Positions 59,169-64,000 of a stretch of 64,000 nucleotides of DNA are shown one piece after another. Position 1 is the stretch's first letter. The number at the start of each line of letters is the position of its first letter. Made by a program: the position numbers and the translations under genes. Where the stretch lies: contig OZ024743.1 in assembly GCA_964016885.1 (NCBI GenBank), positions 223,634,001 through 223,698,000 of the forward strand, in the 5' to 3' direction. This DNA comes from Eledone cirrhosa (Eukaryota). A model generated the notes under the pieces. The model was not told the origin of the DNA. It did no database searches and saw only the letters and a list, made by a program, of their open reading frames with translations.

Positions 59169-62100
59169 ATGACCTCACTCAGAATAGGCAGCATAAATGC
59201 GCGTGGCTTGGGGTCGTCATGGAAGCAGGGTCACCTGCTCAACGACCTCAGGTCACTAAACATAGATGTAGTGGCCATCAGCGAGACCAGAATCTCCGAA
59301 GCACGGGCCTTCGCACCGATCTTCGGCGGCTACGATGTGTACGCATCTCCCAGCCGTCCTGGATCGGGTGGAGGAGTTGCTGTGCTTTTTCGGAGAGGTT
59401 TGGATCTCGCCATACGGGCCATCTTCCTGGACCCAGAGGGTAAGCTGGTGGTGCTGGACGTGACCAGCGGAGACGGGCAAGCTTTCAGGCTAGTGGCCGT
59501 CTATGCCCCGACAGGAGCAGGGCGGCCTGATTTCTTCCGGCGTCTGGAGACCTTTCTTGGAACGTCGCGCTCTTTAGTGTTAGTGGGCGACTGGAACGGG
59601 ATCTTAGATGCACGCTGGGACTGTGTGGGATTAGCGGATAGGGGTGGAGGGTGCAAGAGCCTCACCAACCTGCTCAGGCGTTTTGAACTGTCTGACAGGT
59701 ACCGATTGGATTTCCCGAATGTGCCAATGTGGACTTGGACAAACCGCATAGGGTCATCCAGATCATATCTAGATAGAGTATTTTGTAGGGAAATAGATAG
59801 GTCTAGCATAGGCTGTCCACAATTCAAGATAGTCAGCTACACGGACCACAAATTCGTGATCTGTGTGCTTGACCTAGATAGGCTTCATAGACGAGGACCC
59901 GGCTACTGGAAGCTAAACGCGTCCTTACCAGCGCGCAAGGCCTACAGAGACCGGATTAGCGAACTAGTTAAGCGGGCGTTGACGGGGGCCATCGTCAACA
60001 ACAAGTGGTGGTTTGCTCTGAAAAGAGCGATTAGAATAGAATCGATTAGGTTTAGTAAGGCTTTAGCAATAGAGAAAAATAGAGCAGAGGGAGAACTAGT
60101 TAGAAAATTAGACGAGGCGCTTAGCAAAGGCATTGCGACCGACGTGCTTGCGGCGAAATTGGCCCTTGACCAATTCTTCAATGCAAAGCACGAAGGCTGC
60201 GTTGTCAGAGCTAGGGTGCGTGCTCTCAGACACGAGGGGACGAAAGCCGTTCAATGGGCCCGAGTGGCGGAGGCGCGTCGTGGCAACAAAGCCACGATCC
60301 GGTCTTTGGTGGACCACGACGGGCGCATGCTACTCGATCCCGGGAAAATGTGTGAAGCTTTTCAGCGACACTTCGCTCAGCTGTTCGGGGGCAGCGGGGG
60401 GCCGGGTAGAGGGATGGACTTTAGTGTCTACCTCGACGGACTGCCGCGGCTCTCGGCCACTGAGGCGAAGTGTTGCGAAAAGCCGATAACAGCCGCTGAA
60501 GTACGGGAGGCAATGACTGGCTGCACAAGGGGTAAATCGCCTGGTTTGGATGGTCTGCCCTATGAACTTTACGTACAGATGCCAGACTTGTTCGGAGGCC
60601 TCTTGGCGGACGTCTACTGCAACTGGCAACAGAACGGGAGAATTCCCAGTTCTGTGAGCCGAGGAGCGGTGGCACTGCTGAGAAAGGATCCGAACAAGGG
60701 GGATAACATAGACAATTTCCGGCCCATAACTCTGCTAAACACAGAGTTTAAGATTTTGGCCAAGGTGCTAGCAAAGAGGTTGGCGCTTGTCGTTGGTGGT
60801 CTGGTGGGAGAGGCGCAGACATGCGCCATTCCCGACAGATCCATCCACGACAACCTCCACCTCATGCGATACATCGTAGAGAGGGTAGCTAGGGAACCTG
60901 GCACGGGTGGGTCCTTGATCAATTTAGATCAGTCGAAAGCTTTCGATAGGGTCGACCATCGTTACCTAGCGGCAGTCCTGAGGGCGGCTGGCTTTGGGCC
61001 CGTCTTCAGAGGCTGGATCGCTGCCATGCACAGCGACATCTGCTCTGTGGTGAGAGTGAACGGTCACCTGTCGGAACCGTTCAACATCACGCGCTCGGTC
61101 CGCCAAGGATGTCCCCTCTCGTCCCTCTTGTACGTATTGACTCTCGAGCCATTACTGCACAAACTGGAGACGTTGAGGGGAGTCCCGCGCGAACTAGGAT
61201 GCGGAAGATCCGTGTCAGCATATGCGGACGATGTCACCGTAGTGGTGTCGAACGCCAAACACATCGAGGCGATCGGCACTACACTAAGAGAATACGAAGC
61301 GGTGACAGGAGCAATGATCAACCAGGAAAAGTCAGTGGGCCTGCAGCTCGGCACCTGGAGAGGCAGGTCCATGCCGTCCAACAGCGTCGTCGGGCGCTGG
61401 ACGGACGGACCGGTTAAATTGCTAGGGGTCTGGTTCGGTCCGGACCTCCAGACGGACAAAAACTGGGACGAGGTGACGAGCAGGGTGGCTTCTCTCACCC
61501 AGAAATGGGCGGAGAGGAAGCTATCCCTGAAAGGTCGAGCGGAGGTGGCTAACGCGTACATCGCGTCTGTCATCTGCTACCGCCTAACCGTCGTACCTTG
61601 TCCTAAGCCTCGCCTGACTGCGCTGGAGCGTTTGCTCTTTCGCTTTTTGTGGAAGGGACGTGCTCCGATGGTCAGGCGGTCCATCTGTTGTCAACACCCG
61701 CTACGTGGAGGGCTGGGCATGCCGTGGCTGATGATGCGCAGGCACGCGCTCAGGCTACGACATCTCCACCTCTTCCTCGACGGTGATCAGGTGTGGTCGC
61801 CGTTTGCTAGACGCGTTTTTCCCCAGCTCGTTTCCTTGACGGAGCTGCAGTCCTGGGTCAAGCGAAGACCGAGAGGGAGCGCCTGGAGACTGGAATGTCT
61901 TCAGGCGCTCACAGCCCTCGACCAATCGGGCAATGTGATCGGTGGAAACTCCACCTCGGCGTTCTATAGAGGATTAGTGGAGGGGAAGAGCGACGACGTA
62001 CTTGGGGAAACTCTAGGCGTCGACGAAAATCAACTAGCCAATCTCTTCGGAAGAACTTTCGGGCCAGGGCCTATGGACAACTTCCAGAAATCTCTGGCCT

Positions 62101-62588
62101 GGCAGTGCTACCGAGGAGCCTTGCCAGTTCGGGATAAACTCTACAGGCATGGAGGTGCCGTCAGCCGGGCATGTCCGAGATGCGCGCAGGGCGACGAAAC
62201 CGTCCTGCACGCACTCGTCCAGTGTCCGAAAATTGCTGACTTGTGGGTTTATGTCGAACACCTGCTGTCACGTTTAGGACGGATCCAGCTATCATCTGAG
62301 TCTATCGTGAGGATTGCCCCGCCCTCCTCCTTTAGCCGGGAAGGGCAGGCAGTTTTTATCTGTCTGGTGGCCATGGCGAAAGAGATAGTATGGTGGACAC
62401 GTTTGAAAGGGCTGAAGACGAGCACTTACCTCTTCGGTGATGCTCTGATTGACTTTTTCAAATTTCATTTGAAAAGGAAAATCAGAGTAGAGAAGGAAGT
62501 GCTCTCTTCCCAGCATTTTGTTGAAAGATGGGTGAGAGAAGCAAGAATGGCCCGAGTGAATGGGCCGACTCTGAGTATATATCTGTAA
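59169..62588 (+). CDS. LINE ORF2 (APE-RT-ZnF), 1139 aa, intact
   Basis: Identical to 50820-54239 except one visible Q/K change (PGQMC vs PGKMC). Confidence 0.96.
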   Translation: MTSLRIGSINARGLGSSWKQGHLLNDLRSLNIDVVAISETRISEARAFAPIFGGYDVYASPSRPGSGGGVAVLFRRGLDLAIRAIFLDPEGKLVVLDVTSGDGQAFRLVAVYAPTGAGRPDFFRRLETFLGTSRSLVLVGDWNGILDARWDCVGLADRGGGCKSLTNLLRRFELSDRYRLDFPNVPMWTWTNRIGSSRSYLDRVFCREIDRSSIGCPQFKIVSYTDHKFVICVLDLDRLHRRGPGYWKLNASLPARKAYRDRISELVKRALTGAIVNNKWWFALKRAIRIESIRFSKALAIEKNRAEGELVRKLDEALSKGIATDVLAAKLALDQFFNAKHEGCVVRARVRALRHEGTKAVQWARVAEARRGNKATIRSLVDHDGRMLLDPGKMCEAFQRHFAQLFGGSGGPGRGMDFSVYLDGLPRLSATEAKCCEKPITAAEVREAMTGCTRGKSPGLDGLPYELYVQMPDLFGGLLADVYCNWQQNGRIPSSVSRGAVALLRKDPNKGDNIDNFRPITLLNTEFKILAKVLAKRLALVVGGLVGEAQTCAIPDRSIHDNLHLMRYIVERVAREPGTGGSLINLDQSKAFDRVDHRYLAAVLRAAGFGPVFRGWIAAMHSDICSVVRVNGHLSEPFNITRSVRQGCPLSSLLYVLTLEPLLHKLETLRGVPRELGCGRSVSAYADDVTVVVSNAKHIEAIGTTLREYEAVTGAMINQEKSVGLQLGTWRGRSMPSNSVVGRWTDGPVKLLGVWFGPDLQTDKNWDEVTSRVASLTQKWAERKLSLKGRAEVANAYIASVICYRLTVVPCPKPRLTALERLLFRFLWKGRAPMVRRSICCQHPLRGGLGMPWLMMRRHALRLRHLHLFLDGDQVWSPFARRVFPQLVSLTELQSWVKRRPRGSAWRLECLQALTALDQSGNVIGGNSTSAFYRGLVEGKSDDVLGETLGVDENQLANLFGRTFGPGPMDNFQKSLAWQCYRGALPVRDKLYRHGGAVSRACPRCAQGDETVLHALVQCPKIADLWVYVEHLLSRLGRIQLSSESIVRIAPPSSFSREGQAVFICLVAMAKEIVWWTRLKGLKTSTYLFGDALIDFFKFHLKRKIRVEKEVLSSQHFVERWVREARMARVNGPTLSIYL

Positions 62589-62849
62589 ACTAAAGGTGGA
62601 AAACTGGGAGAGGGCACTTGCCTTGGTGGTCAGGGTCATTGTGGCTTTTTACTGGGCTTTCTCCACAAATGTCCCTCCGAAGTCTCCCCCCTATTGGGGA
62701 ATTTTTCATTGTTATTTTCATTGTTATTTTTGTTACATCCTCTGTTTTTGTTTTTTTTACACGCAGAAATGCCCATTTGTACCGTCCTGCATTGTCCTGC
62801 ACTGTCCTTAATGTCTACTTTATGTAAACCCTTGTGGTCAATAAAGAAA

Positions 62850-62881
<32 letters not shown>

Positions 62882-62882
<1 letters not shown>

Positions 62883-63095
62883 GCGGTGGATTGGCAGTGT
62901 CGGTAGAAGGTCGGACGCCATGCTTTGACGCATGGAGTTACGGCCCTTGCCATTCTGTGTTCAAATCCCGCCGAGGTTAACTTTGCCTTTCATCCTTACG
63001 GGGTCGATAAAATAAAGTACCAGTCACGCACTGGGGTCAATTTCAAGGACCCCTCCAAATTGCTGGCCTTGTGCCTAAATAAGAAACCATTATTA
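62882..63095 (+). mobile_element. SINE family A directly after the (ATT)n tail of copy D
   Basis: gcggtggattggcagtgtcggtagaaggtcggac head and shared body. Confidence 0.85.
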
Positions 63096-63144
63096 TTTTC
63101 GTTTAGATATTTCTCAAAAGTGCTTTATATAGAGCCTTTTCGGA

Positions 63145-63242
63145 CGACGTATAGAATAACGAACCGATGTAAGGTACATAATTTGAAAAAAAAAAGTTTT
63201 TTTCGAAATGAGTGAGTGTAATGAAAGAACACACACACATAC

Positions 63243-63291
<49 letters not shown>

Positions 63292-63385
63292 CTTTCATTA
63301 CACTCATTCATTTCGAAAAAACTTTTTTTTAAATTTCAAATTACGTCTCTATACGTTACTCTATACGTTACTCTATACGTCTACC
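63145..63385. repeat. Fold-back element with a central (CA)/(TA) microsatellite
   Basis: tttcgaaatgagtgagtgtaatgaaagaaca / tgttctttcattacactcattcatttcgaaa arms; outer acgtatag/ctatacgt repeats. Confidence 0.6.
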
Positions 63386-63473
63386 GCCTTTTCAATAATA
63401 CGCCTGTATCAAAACATCAAGATAATTAGAGTTATTCCTCTTGATAATGTGTAACTATCATATACTGTATGTA

Positions 63474-63650
63474 AGTATCGGTAGAGGGTCGGATGCCATG
63501 CTTTGACGCATAGAGTTACGGCCCTTGCTATTCTGAGTTCAAATCCCGCCGAGGTTAACTTTGCCTTTCATTCTTATGGGGTCGATAAAATAAAGTACCA
63601 GTAATACACTGGGTGATTGCTGGCCTTGTGCCAAAAGTAGAAACAATAAT
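63474..63650 (+). mobile_element. SINE family A
   Basis: Shared body sequence. Confidence 0.85.
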
Positions 63651-64000
63651 TTGAAATGGTCGGTATAACTTGTTGCAACAAACTTTTGCAACTTTAGAGA
63701 CATCAGATTGCTATCATAACAATATTGCTTACACACAAAAGTGGTGGCATTTCTGAAAGAAAGAATGAACAGATTAATATCTCCTTATATGTCTTTCTCT
63801 TTCTTTCTCTCTTTTTCTACCACTGTACCGCTGACCTATTAAATTTCTCTTTGATTATCAAGCAATATAGAATATACATAAAATCATTGTCAAATTTATA
63901 CTTCTCTGTAATTCTCTCATATGTGTTGTTTGTATTTTTTATTCATTGTTGTTATCTTTTCTTCTTTCTATTTTGTTTTTCCTTTCCCCTTCCTTTGTAT

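Larger units (their letters stand above)
56824..62881 (+). mobile_element. Full-length L1/Tx1-clade LINE copy D
   Basis: Near-identical to copy B from the first base gaatgcc; (ATT)n tail. Confidence 0.95.

Noticed and set aside
48473-62881. Simple 8.35-kb segmental or assembly duplication explaining copies B and D
   Set aside because: Identity starts exactly at the element 5' end, upstream neighbours differ and the copies carry distinct indels/SNPs; not fully excluded without reads
62882-62975. tRNA-like A/B boxes
   Set aside because: SINE heads; no cloverleaf, so not called as tRNA genes

Overview
AT-rich, microsatellite-dense eukaryotic genomic DNA. The SINE families and (TA)n/(CA)n/(ATG)n content suggest an octopus or related coleoid cephalopod, which is an inference. 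No host protein-coding gene can be firmly supported; almost all interpretable sequence is mobile DNA. (1) 47.96-63.09 kb is a head-to-tail stack of four L1/Tx1-clade LINE copies plus a SINE, each joined through an (ATT)n tail. Two of the copies are near-identical, full-length and have intact 1139-aa APE-RT ORF2s. The whole stack interrupts one unit of a local duplication, which shows the empty site. (2) A 5'-truncated RTE LINE at 39.3-41.85 kb has a C4HC3 PHD-like finger inside its RT ORF. (3) There are CR1, R4-like, RTE, hAT, piggyBac-type MITE, LTR and many SINE remnants. (4) The least expected signal is about a dozen type I hammerhead ribozyme motifs from about nine unrelated sequence families. 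They sit in short, often palindromic Penelope-like inserts embedded in (TA)n tracts. They include two unrelated U3-A8 compensatory core variants, a recurrent U-U closing pair in stem II, long stem-II insertions, and a pile-up of four families inside one hAT MITE. All structures were folded by eye, and coordinates of degraded repeats are approximate.
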